Position numbers and translations under genes: made by a program
DNA from: Candidatus Minusculum obligatum
GTDB lineage: Bacteria; Patescibacteriota; Minisyncoccia; Phycocordibacterales; Phycocordibacteraceae
Direction: 5' to 3'
DNA length: 64,000 nucleotides
NCBI GenBank assembly: GCA_002331145.1
Contig: DCYT01000001.1
Location: 223,697 to 287,696, forward strand
Shown: positions 19,300 through 28,085 of the stretch, in pieces
Numbering within the stretch: position 1 is the stretch's first letter
Layout: each line of letters starts with the position of its first letter
The notes under the pieces: generated by a model
What the model saw: only the letters and a program-made list of their open reading frames with translations
The model's database searches: none
What the model was told of the DNA's origin: nothing

Positions 19300-19443
19300 T
19301 CACCTAGCCTGTTTATTCTGTTCGCGCAAAGCACGAATGTACGCATTGGGCTTATAGTTTGCCGCTGCATCAGTGGCAAACTTCCCGATTTCAGCAAGCT
19401 TACGCTTTACTGATTTTCGTTTGTTTGCCGCCCTTGCTGCCAT
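19300..19443 (-). CDS. small basic protein (47 aa, MAARAANKRKSVKRKLAEIGKF...)
   Basis: SD GGGAGG 5 nt upstream of ATG at 19443. Lys/Arg-rich, so possibly a ribosomal-protein-like or nucleic-acid-binding peptide. Family not identified. Confidence 0.45.
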   Translation of the reverse strand: MAARAANKRKSVKRKLAEIGKFATDAAANYKPNAYIRALREQNKQAR

Positions 19444-19531
19444 GGCAACCTCCCAATATTGACCATATAAAATATACCACAACTCATTGTTTTTAATAAG
19501 CGTGCCTTGCCTCTTCGAAAAAAATGTTTTG

Positions 19532-19603
19532 TGTCACCACCAGGAGTCGAACCTGAATCTAGAGTTTAGGAAACTCTTGTTTTATCCATTAAACTATGGC
19601 GAC
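19532..19603 (-). tRNA. tRNA-Arg (anticodon CCU)
   Basis: Acceptor GUCGCCA/UGGUGAC, D-arm GUUUAAUGGAUAAAC, anticodon stem AGAGU/ACUCU with loop UUCCUAA, T-arm UCAGGUUCGACUCCUGG. Confidence 0.8.
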
Positions 19604-20233
19604 AGAATGTCTACTGTAAGAATTTTTGAGATTCTCTATCCCTTCCATTATTAAAAGAAATTCCTCAATGTTCTTCTTTACACGTACACGACACATACCA
19701 TACTCCAAATTGCTTTTATTACCAGCAGGGATTATGTAAATACTGTGCAAATTGCTTTTTGGAAGATTTAGAACATTTAGCCAGAATTTTGCAGCTTTTT
19801 GTTTATCTATATTCTCGTGTACTCGTATGGTTACAATAAACCTATTAGAACTAATGCCAAGATCCTTTAAGAGCTCTACAAAGACCTTTAGCATATAAGA
19901 ATCTGAGTTTATAAAAGAGAGCTCTCTTTTTGTTCCTTCTCCCCAATAAAGACCTAGGAGGAGGAGATACTTTTCTTTTTTCGATAAACTTGTTCCTAAT
20001 ATTCTTTTTGCAGCTTTTTGAGCTTCAACTTTTCTTTTTGAGGCTCTTTCTGTACTTAACCCCCTCCTTTTCTTTATGCGTGCAGATGCATGGTCATTTA
20101 AAATCACATCCTTTGTATATCTCCATACTGTTGCCCTTGGCACATTAGTTAGGGATTCAATCTCAGGAATACTTTTACCTGATTTTCTTAGTTGAATAAT
20201 ATTTTGAATAGTTTCTGCAGAATACTTATACAT
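19589..20233 (-). CDS. LAGLIDADG-type homing-endonuclease-like protein with N-terminal resolvase-type HTH
   Basis: YLLLLGLYWGEGTKR matches the LAGLIDADG motif (cf. LLYLAGFVDGDGS). N-terminal NIIQLRKSGKSIPEIESLTNVPRATVWRY is a Hin/resolvase-like HTH. The last 15 nt overlap the 5' end of tRNA-Arg. Confidence 0.45.
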   Translation of the reverse strand: MYKYSAETIQNIIQLRKSGKSIPEIESLTNVPRATVWRYTKDVILNDHASARIKKRRGLSTERASKRKVEAQKAAKRILGTSLSKKEKYLLLLGLYWGEGTKRELSFINSDSYMLKVFVELLKDLGISSNRFIVTIRVHENIDKQKAAKFWLNVLNLPKSNLHSIYIIPAGNKSNLEYGMCRVRVKKNIEEFLLIMEGIENLKNSYSRHSVAIV

Positions 20234-20280
20234 GAATATATCATATCATCCTAGGAGAATATTTTATCCATTTTATACAA

Positions 20281-20310
20281 GTATCAAAAAACCGCCTGAT
20301 AGGCGGTTTT
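20281..20310 (-). terminator. intrinsic terminator downstream of the nrdH-like gene
   Basis: ACCGCCU-GAU-AGGCGGU hairpin flanked by A/T tracts on both sides. Confidence 0.65.
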
Positions 20311-20315
20311 AAACT

Positions 20316-20561
20316 TTATAGTCCTAGATTCTGCTTCAGCTTGTCTTCATCGTATCCAATGATCATCTCCTCTCCGATGAACACTACTGGCACTCCCATC
20401 TGCCCACTTTTTTCAATCATCTCTGCTCGCTTCTCCTGGTCTGTTGAGACATCAAACTCTGTATACTCAACATTATTTTCCTTGAAAAACTCTTTTGTTG
20501 TCTGACAAAAATGACAAGTTGGTGTGCTGTAGATTACTACTTCTTTATCCATGTGTATCAA
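20316..20561 (-). CDS. nrdH: NrdH/glutaredoxin-like redoxin
   Basis: CHFC (CxxC) active site after a beta1 strand (VVIYSTPTCHFC), glutaredoxin-like GVPVVFIGEEMIIGYDE. True start may be the internal ATG at 20552. Confidence 0.75.
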   Translation of the reverse strand: MIHMDKEVVIYSTPTCHFCQTTKEFFKENNVEYTEFDVSTDQEKRAEMIEKSGQMGVPVVFIGEEMIIGYDEDKLKQNLGL

Positions 20562-20591
20562 TTCTATTCGTAATTAAAAGCAAGTATACCA

Positions 20592-20960
20592 CTACTCAAA
20601 TAAACTCAAAAACCATGGGATCAAACCTTTTGGAGATTCTTTAGGGGTTGTTGTTGCAGGAAGTGCATCCAGTACCACTATCACCTCTTCCCCTTCTTTT
20701 GCCACATCAAAAGTATTCCGAACAAGCGCTTCTTGGCCACGTGATGTATTTAAAACAGCAAGATCAGCATCAAGTACTCTTTCGCGCTCTTCAACACTCT
20801 TAAATTCACGGAAAGCTTCTGCTCTGCGCATCCCAGCCTCACGCTCTTTTTCAAACAGATTAAAAACAACTAGGGATAGGAACCCTACAGCCAAAATAAG
20901 AAAAAATAGTGTGATTCGATTATAAAATGGAGAAATCCCTCTTTTCGCTCGCCTTGCCAT
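20592..20960 (-). CDS. FtsB/DivIC-like septum formation initiator
   Basis: N-terminal TM, coiled-coil segment, and C-terminal VRNTFDVAKEGEEVIVV resembling the FtsB family core. Confidence 0.5.
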   Translation of the reverse strand: MARRAKRGISPFYNRITLFFLILAVGFLSLVVFNLFEKEREAGMRRAEAFREFKSVEERERVLDADLAVLNTSRGQEALVRNTFDVAKEGEEVIVVLDALPATTTPKESPKGLIPWFLSLFE

Positions 20961-21091
20961 ATATGCTAGTATAGCACCATGTTATTTGACCCTAAGGTAC
21001 AAAAAGCACTCAAATATGTATTTATTGTCTTCGCAATTCTTCTTGCGTTTTCAATGACCTTTGCCTTTGCCCCAATCTTTACAGGAGGATA

Positions 21092-22882
21092 CTAGGAATT
21101 CTCCCCCTTTATCATATTCATAAATACTTCCTCTGGAATATTTACTTTCGCATTTGCAAGAGCTTTCTTCTTTCCCTTCTTCTGCTTCTCCAGAAGTTTT
21201 TTCTTTCTTGTTATATCTCCTCCATAAAGATGTCCTGTTACATCTTTTTTAAATGCAGAAAGTGTCTTTGATGAAAGAATGCGTCCCATTGCCTGAGCCT
21301 GTAGCTTTGTAACAAACTGCTGCCGCGGAAGCACACCATGCAGTTTCTCTACAAGTTTTTCAGCATCTTCTTGTGCACGTCGTCTTGAAACAATTCGTGT
21401 AAATGCAGGGACTGGCTCTTCCGCAACCAACACATCAAGACGAACAACATCAGCGTCTCGCATTTCAAGAATTTCATAACTTAAAGAAGCATATCCACTT
21501 GAAACACTTTTTACACGATCAAAGAATCCACGCATAAGTTCTCGAAGGGGCATCTCTGCAACAATTTCTATACGCCCGTCTCCAAATGTAGAAGTGTCTC
21601 CAACCACCGCCTCATGTTCATAGAGAAGCTTCAATATATTGTCGATAGTATCTGGAGTTGTAATGAGTGTAATAAGTACCCATGGCTCAGAAACACTTTC
21701 TATATCTCCATGGTCAGGAAACTTTGAAGGTGTATACACAACTATTTTTTCTCCCTTTTTATCCGTAACTTCATAGGTAATGGTTGGCATCGTAACAACA
21801 AGTGCCAAGTTAAATTCTCGCCTCAAACGCTCCATAATTATCTCAAGATGAAGCATTCCTAGGAAACCACACCGAAAACCTCTTCCAAGCACTCCTGAGG
21901 CCTCCTCCTCAAAGGATAGAGACGAGTCTGTTAGCTGTAGGCGCTCAAGTGCTTGGCGTAAGATGGGTAGATCATCTTGTCCTTCAGGATATACAGAAGC
22001 CCACACAACTGGACGTACATCTTTGTACCCTGGAAGCGCAGGAAGCTTGCCGTCTTTCTTTCCTACTGTGTCTCCTACCGAAACCACTCCTGGCTCTTTG
22101 ATACCAGTCACCACATACCCAATCTCTCCACAAGACAGAGAGTCTGCAGGAGTTTCCTTTGGCATAAACACTCCAACCTCCTGGGCTATAAAACTCTTTC
22201 CTGCTTCTTTAAAATAAAGCTGATCTCCTTTTTTAATAGACCCATCAAAAAGTCTGGAGAAAAGAATAATTCCTCGGTGATTAGAATAATCAAAATCAAA
22301 AATAAGTCCTCGAGGCTCCGACTCATTGTTGTTTTCTGGAGCAGGCACTTTATGTATAAGCGTACTTAAAAGTTCTTCTGCACCCTCTCCTGTCTTCCCT
22401 GACGTATGAATAATCTCATCCTTAGAACACTTTAGGAGATTCATGATTTCTTCACTCACCTCATCAATACGTGAGTATGGTGAATCAATTTTTGAAAGCA
22501 CAGGAATAATCACACACCCCTGGTCTTTTGCCATAGCAAGTGTTGAGAGTGTTTGTGCCTGCACACCCTGCGTACTATCAACAAGCAGCACCACCCCTTC
22601 TACTGCATTAAGAGCTCGCGATACCTCGTACGCAAAGTCGATGTGCCCTGGAGTATCAATAAGATTAATGATGTACTCCTCGCCCTTGTTCTCATACTTC
22701 ATACGAACGGGCTGCATTTTAATTGTGATACCTCGCTCTCTCTCGAGATCCATTTGATCAAGAACCTGATCTTTCATTTCTCGAGCAGTAATAGTTTTTG
22801 TATGCTCAAGAAGCCGGTCTGCAAGAGTCGACTTCCCATGATCAATATGGGCAATAATTGAAAAATTTCGTATCTGCTGCAT
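21092..22882 (-). CDS. lepA: elongation factor 4 (LepA)
   Basis: AHIDHGKSTLADR G1 motif, DTPGH, NKID and the LepA-specific C-terminal domain. 596 aa. Confidence 0.9.
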   Translation of the reverse strand: MQQIRNFSIIAHIDHGKSTLADRLLEHTKTITAREMKDQVLDQMDLERERGITIKMQPVRMKYENKGEEYIINLIDTPGHIDFAYEVSRALNAVEGVVLLVDSTQGVQAQTLSTLAMAKDQGCVIIPVLSKIDSPYSRIDEVSEEIMNLLKCSKDEIIHTSGKTGEGAEELLSTLIHKVPAPENNNESEPRGLIFDFDYSNHRGIILFSRLFDGSIKKGDQLYFKEAGKSFIAQEVGVFMPKETPADSLSCGEIGYVVTGIKEPGVVSVGDTVGKKDGKLPALPGYKDVRPVVWASVYPEGQDDLPILRQALERLQLTDSSLSFEEEASGVLGRGFRCGFLGMLHLEIIMERLRREFNLALVVTMPTITYEVTDKKGEKIVVYTPSKFPDHGDIESVSEPWVLITLITTPDTIDNILKLLYEHEAVVGDTSTFGDGRIEIVAEMPLRELMRGFFDRVKSVSSGYASLSYEILEMRDADVVRLDVLVAEEPVPAFTRIVSRRRAQEDAEKLVEKLHGVLPRQQFVTKLQAQAMGRILSSKTLSAFKKDVTGHLYGGDITRKKKLLEKQKKGKKKALANAKVNIPEEVFMNMIKGENS

Positions 22883-24553
22883 TTAGAATTCTGATTGCGG
22901 CTCAAGCTTCTTTTTTACAAGAAAATTGCTTATTCCTGCCCTAATCTCCTGGAACTCTTTATTTGAAAGTCCCCACAGAACAAAAAGGAATACCGTAAGA
23001 CCCAGGGTACCAGCAAGTACACCTTGTGCAAGTACTGCAGTAAGAGATGTTAGTGCAAAGATTCCTCCCAACAAACTAAGCGTTAGATACGCTGTAGCTC
23101 CTCCAATAACAGCAGCAGCAAAGCTTTGGAAGAATACTGGCACTACAATCTTTGCAAAACCTTTGTATCGATGTGCAAAAAGAACAAAAGCAAGCACTCC
23201 TGCAAATATCTGCCCTAGTGCAACACCAAGTGCTATAGAAGCAATTTCTGTTCCTGGAACAAATGAAATTCGAAGAATTGATTCTATGAAATATGTATAC
23301 CCCGGAACATTTCCATGCACATACAGAAGTCCCATGGCTGCAAATATTGAGACTGCGGCACCAGCTCCTTGAATTATTAGCGGAATGAAGGTTTTTCCTG
23401 CAGCGTAGTATGCTCTTGCAATCAAAAGTACGAGAGCCTGCCCAACAAGTGCAGTAACAAGGAGTGCGAGCACCGCCGCAGTAAGACGAGTATCATCCCA
23501 TGTAAATTCTCCTGACCCCAAAATCACACGTACAAGATGTGCTCGGAGCACCACGAATATAACAAGAGCAAATGTTGACCAAAGAATTAAGTGCCGAGCA
23601 GCATCAGCAACTCTTTTTACAAAGTTCTCAACTTCATTTGCAGCATAGAGTGTTGCAAGCGTTGGAAATGCAACAACCGCATACGAGGCACCAATAAGTG
23701 CAAGTGGCACTCCCTCTAAGTTATACGCAAAACTAAAGATTGTTATTGAACCCTCCTTAAGCGGTGCTGCGAGCATTGTTACAACAACAGCAATGATTAT
23801 GTGAGAAGAGAGCGCGAGCGCACGTGGGAAAGAGTGAATTATGATGTGCCGTAATTTTTGTACATCTGGAAACTTTAGGTACGGAGCAAGTCCAGAAGAA
23901 ACAACTATAGGAATGTGCAGTGCCATATGCATAAACGCACCAAGAACTACTCCGTACCCAAGACCTGCAATACCAAAAAGAGGTTCTAGAACAAGAATTC
24001 CAAAGATAATTCCTACGTTATAGAACACTCCTGATAATGCATAGAGCAAGAACCTTCTTTCAAGCTGGGTGACGCTACTTATAACGCTTGAGATACCAAG
24101 TAGTATTGGCTGCAATAGCAATATTCTCGTAAGCAGCACAAACTCAGAAAATAGAGACGAGTCTGCAAAACTTGGATATAGCGCTGTTAGGATTTGCGGC
24201 GTAAATGCTGCAGCAACAGCAGCTGTTGCTCCCAGCACAATAGTTAGGAACATAACCGCATCAGAAAGTAATTCTCGAGCTTTCTTTTTTGATTCTTCTC
24301 CTGCTCTTGCAATAAGAGGAATCAAAATATATGCAGATACTAGCGATGCAATAAGCGCAAAGAGAAGATCCGGCAATTTAAATGCAGCGTAGTAGATATC
24401 GAGCAATTCGCTAGCTCCAAAACTGTGCGCCAAGATCCTATCACGCAAAAGCGCAAGTAATTGCGCTAAAAACGTAAAGATTGCAACGGTATATGCAGCG
24501 GCGTGCAGGTTCGCTACTTCCTTGCGAATGAGTCGAAAGAAGGAAGTAACCAT
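22883..24553 (-). CDS. murJ: lipid II flippase MurJ/MviN family
   Basis: 556-aa polytopic membrane protein (about 14 TM) with MviN-like N-terminal region. Located beside the O-antigen-ligase-like gene. Confidence 0.65.
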   Translation of the reverse strand: MVTSFFRLIRKEVANLHAAAYTVAIFTFLAQLLALLRDRILAHSFGASELLDIYYAAFKLPDLLFALIASLVSAYILIPLIARAGEESKKKARELLSDAVMFLTIVLGATAAVAAAFTPQILTALYPSFADSSLFSEFVLLTRILLLQPILLGISSVISSVTQLERRFLLYALSGVFYNVGIIFGILVLEPLFGIAGLGYGVVLGAFMHMALHIPIVVSSGLAPYLKFPDVQKLRHIIIHSFPRALALSSHIIIAVVVTMLAAPLKEGSITIFSFAYNLEGVPLALIGASYAVVAFPTLATLYAANEVENFVKRVADAARHLILWSTFALVIFVVLRAHLVRVILGSGEFTWDDTRLTAAVLALLVTALVGQALVLLIARAYYAAGKTFIPLIIQGAGAAVSIFAAMGLLYVHGNVPGYTYFIESILRISFVPGTEIASIALGVALGQIFAGVLAFVLFAHRYKGFAKIVVPVFFQSFAAAVIGGATAYLTLSLLGGIFALTSLTAVLAQGVLAGTLGLTVFLFVLWGLSNKEFQEIRAGISNFLVKKKLEPQSEF

Positions 24554-24556
24554 GAA

Positions 24557-26947
24557 TTACTGAGTCAGTCCTCCAAGCTCTTCAAATGGATTCTCTCCTG
24601 CTTCAAGTGCAGCGATCTGATCTGCTAGTGCTGTAGCATTTTCCTCAGATAGTGCTGCTGCTCTATTTAGTGCCTCAAGTGCTGCCTCAAACTCTCCTTC
24701 TTGAGCCAAGATTGTTGCAAGAACATAGTGTCCATTTGCAAAACTTGGATTTACATTTGTTGCTCGCACCAGAGCTGCAATAGCTCCTTCTGTATTTCCT
24801 GTTGTTTCCCGAAGGATAGCAAGCTGGAATAGAACGTTTGAGTTATTTGGCTGGAAGAATGCTGCAGCCTCAGCACTCTGTAGTGCCTCCTCTGTATTTC
24901 CTGCCTGTACCTCAAGCTGTGAAAGTAGGAAGATTGCATCTACATAATCCTGCTTTAGAGCGATTGCTTCTTCAAGAAGTACTCGTGCAGCATCTGTATC
25001 TTGGTTTGCAATTTCAAGCTGAGCCAAGATTAGAGAAATCTCTGGATTAAACGGATTGAGCTCCTGTGCCTTTGCATATGCAGTTTTTGCATTGTCATAT
25101 GCTCCTTCTACCTGAAGAGGAACTACAAGCTGATATACATTTCCAAGTGCTAGCCAGTTCTGGTAGTTATCTTCTTTAATTTGTGTTGCGAGAAGCGCGC
25201 TCTCTACTGCACTTCCAAGTGCTGCTTGGAATGCTTGCGCTCGCTCTTCTTGAGACAGAGACTCATCGTTTGCAATTTGATTTAGATCATTTTGTCCAAG
25301 TGCTGCTGCTAAACGATACTGTCTATCACTTTGATGAAGTGTTAGGGATTGCGCAAGTGCATTTCCTGCGCCTGCTCTATCACCCGTTTGTGCTGCTGCT
25401 ACTGACTGGTTATAGAAGAGTCCTGCAAGATATCGCTCTCCTGCGAAGAAGATTGTAACGATACTTGAAAGAAGAACTAGTGTGAGAACAAACACAAGAA
25501 CAAATCCAATACGTGGACTTCGAGAGAAGAAGATTCCCCACTCTCGCTTTTGGTTTCCACTAAATCGCAGTGTTGCGATAAAGAGACCGGTCATTGCAAA
25601 TGCAAGGAATAGAATAACCGCACCAGGCACATTTAGAATTGCAATTAGCCAGAAGTAGAGAGCCAACACATAACTTCCCAGAGAAAGAACAAACATTCCC
25701 TGATGCTGTGCTCGAGAAAGAATAAGGGCTCTAAATCCTATGTAGATAAAGAATCCAAAGAATACAAGCCACGCAAGTACTCCAATTAGACCAGTAACAG
25801 CAATCATTGAAGGTACATACCCAATACCTGCACTAAAGTCTACGTTCCAGAAAATAGTGTTGTTGAGGTCTGCGCTCTTTGCTAGAAGCCACTCGCTTCC
25901 AAATGTTGTTGGCCCTGTTCCGAAGATAGGGTTCTTTGCAAATGTTTCTTGCCCAACAGCAAGTGTTGCATCCCATGATGGACGAACTGATGTTTGATCA
26001 AATCCAAATGCATTTGAAAGAATATTTCCAAGAGAACCAGACCCAATCACCATAATGATAGAAAGAGCTAGTACAGATAGTGAAAGCACGAGATTGTTAG
26101 CACCACCCTGCTTTACTCCCATGTTTTCGTTCATGTTTGTAGGTGCATCTCCCATCTCTCCTGCATATAGCGCAGTTACTCCCTCAACATCATCGTGTGT
26201 TCCCCCGCTTTGCTTAAGCATCCCTTGAATAAAGATTGCTAGTGCAAATAGTCCAATAACAAACCAGATAAGCGTAAAGTTAATCACCGCAAGGAATGCA
26301 AGTGACACTGCAAGGAATGCATATAGCCATCGCTTTGTTTTCTTCCCTGTATTTCCCATAAGCAATGCCAAGAGACTTGCAATTGCTCCAGCTCCAAGGA
26401 ATACCGCAAGGTCATTAGCACTTCCAAGAGTGTTCGCAGCAGGAGCTGCAGTAACTCCAAGACCTGAAAGAAGTCCTGTTCCAAGAACAAAGAGAATTAT
26501 TTGTACAATGAGCACCAATCCAAGCCCTATAAAAGAGGCTTTTGTTACGTGTGAGAATTGCTCTGCTTTTCTTAGCGTGAAGGCAAGCACAGTAGCAAGC
26601 ACTGTTCCTGCTAATACAAACCCGATAGTGTTTGTCTCAATCTGATTCCCAAATACTGAGAAGCCAAGGTTATTTCCTGCAAAAAGCGCAGATAAGAAAT
26701 ACGCCACTGGAATAAGCCAAAGTGTTCCAAGAAGCGCAAGCGGAGGCATAATAATGCTTCCCCTTCGAAGCCTTGTAAGAATGTGGAGTGCAAGCCCAAC
26801 TACTGCAGCAAGCACCACTGCCATTGTTTTAGTAAATCCAAACGGTATTACTGCCATTGGAATAAAAAGAACCGGGATAATAGCAAGTGCCGCAGCAGCT
26901 GCTATCACTGTCCCAGTCTCAAGCGTAAACGGTAATTTTCTGTCCAT
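24557..26947 (-). CDS. O-antigen ligase/polymerase-like (Wzy_C) membrane protein with C-terminal TPR repeats
   Basis: N-terminal about 12 TM region with a large periplasmic loop typical of Wzy_C/O-antigen ligases. C-terminal 300 aa with repetitive A/L/Y-rich TPR-like units. Confidence 0.55.
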   Translation of the reverse strand: MDRKLPFTLETGTVIAAAAALAIIPVLFIPMAVIPFGFTKTMAVVLAAVVGLALHILTRLRRGSIIMPPLALLGTLWLIPVAYFLSALFAGNNLGFSVFGNQIETNTIGFVLAGTVLATVLAFTLRKAEQFSHVTKASFIGLGLVLIVQIILFVLGTGLLSGLGVTAAPAANTLGSANDLAVFLGAGAIASLLALLMGNTGKKTKRWLYAFLAVSLAFLAVINFTLIWFVIGLFALAIFIQGMLKQSGGTHDDVEGVTALYAGEMGDAPTNMNENMGVKQGGANNLVLSLSVLALSIIMVIGSGSLGNILSNAFGFDQTSVRPSWDATLAVGQETFAKNPIFGTGPTTFGSEWLLAKSADLNNTIFWNVDFSAGIGYVPSMIAVTGLIGVLAWLVFFGFFIYIGFRALILSRAQHQGMFVLSLGSYVLALYFWLIAILNVPGAVILFLAFAMTGLFIATLRFSGNQKREWGIFFSRSPRIGFVLVFVLTLVLLSSIVTIFFAGERYLAGLFYNQSVAAAQTGDRAGAGNALAQSLTLHQSDRQYRLAAALGQNDLNQIANDESLSQEERAQAFQAALGSAVESALLATQIKEDNYQNWLALGNVYQLVVPLQVEGAYDNAKTAYAKAQELNPFNPEISLILAQLEIANQDTDAARVLLEEAIALKQDYVDAIFLLSQLEVQAGNTEEALQSAEAAAFFQPNNSNVLFQLAILRETTGNTEGAIAALVRATNVNPSFANGHYVLATILAQEGEFEAALEALNRAAALSEENATALADQIAALEAGENPFEELGGLTQ

Positions 26948-27033
26948 ATCTAATATTTAATCTAAATCTCACACGCGAATAATACGTACTATAATAGCAC
27001 TTTCACCAAACCTCCTTGAGACTTTTCCAGAGC

Positions 27034-28071
27034 TTAAAACTCCCAGTCTCCCTTAAGTCCAGTTGATTGAGTGTAATTAACTACAGTTGTTTCAAAGAAG
27101 TTACTCTTGTCATTATCTTGATCCTGTAGACGCTCAAGGTGCACGTACGGGTTCTCTTCTGGTGCATTTGGGTAAATTGGTGCAATACCAATCCGAGCCA
27201 TACGCTCGTTTGCAAGCCAGTGAGTATACTTTTCTGTAGATTCACTATTAATTCCTGCCATATTGTCTCCAATAATATGATTAGTCCATGCAATTTCTTG
27301 TTCTACTGCAACTTTAGTCATTTCAATAACCATTTCCTCATCAAACATCTCTGGAAACTCCTTCTTTATTTCGTTCATCATGTTTGCAAACATCACAACA
27401 TGCGTTAGCTCATCCCGACGGATGTACGCAATCATTCGCCCGGTTGCAAGCATTTTTCCGTGGTCCACAAGTGTGTCGAAGAATGCAAAACCGTTATAGA
27501 AGTAAAGGCTCTCAAGTAGATAGTTGGCAACAACAGTCCTAAAGAAGTTTGTATCTGTTGGCTCATCAATAAATTTTTGATAAATATCTCCAATATATTT
27601 ATTTCGCCCAAGAAGAACCTCATCATTCTTCCAGAAGTAATAAATCTCGTCTCGCTCCTTACTCTCTACCACTGTCTCAAGAATAGTTGCGTAACTTTGT
27701 GAGTGAATTGCCTCCTGATATGCCTGAATAGCAAGAAGAAGGTTCACCTCAGGTGCAGTAATGTAGTCTGAAATATTTGGAAGGTTTACTGTCTGAATTG
27801 AATCTAAGAAGATAAGAAATGAAAGAATTCCTTTGTATGCTTTTTGCTCTACAGGAGACAGAGCACTGTGAAAAGCATTTGCATCCTCCTTAAGACCCAT
27901 AACCTTCTCTGGAATCCAAAAGTTTCCAACCATGATTGGATACAGCTTCTTTGCCCAAGAGTACTTGGTTGCATTTAGTTGAAACAGCCCTGTTGTGCTT
28001 CCTTTTATAATCGTTCGATTTCCTACCGAATCATCCCCCGCCGGATTAAAGATTTTACTTTTCTCTACCAT
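27034..28071 (-). CDS. nrdB: ribonucleotide reductase class I beta subunit
   Basis: Di-iron/tyrosyl radical ferritin-like fold motifs (E..A.HS.SY, EGI.F...F). 345 aa, adjacent to nrdA. Confidence 0.85.
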   Translation of the reverse strand: MVEKSKIFNPAGDDSVGNRTIIKGSTTGLFQLNATKYSWAKKLYPIMVGNFWIPEKVMGLKEDANAFHSALSPVEQKAYKGILSFLIFLDSIQTVNLPNISDYITAPEVNLLLAIQAYQEAIHSQSYATILETVVESKERDEIYYFWKNDEVLLGRNKYIGDIYQKFIDEPTDTNFFRTVVANYLLESLYFYNGFAFFDTLVDHGKMLATGRMIAYIRRDELTHVVMFANMMNEIKKEFPEMFDEEMVIEMTKVAVEQEIAWTNHIIGDNMAGINSESTEKYTHWLANERMARIGIAPIYPNAPEENPYVHLERLQDQDNDKSNFFETTVVNYTQSTGLKGDWEF

Positions 28072-28085
28072 ATTTTATTTATTAA

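Noticed and set aside
18955-19482. Track ORFs 19179-19397 and the N-terminal extensions of 18955-19149 and 19300-19482
   Set aside because: Internal ATGs preceded by strong SD sequences (MNFSKK at 19125; MAARA at 19443) give sensible gene starts. The longer versions overlap a terminator hairpin or neighbouring genes.
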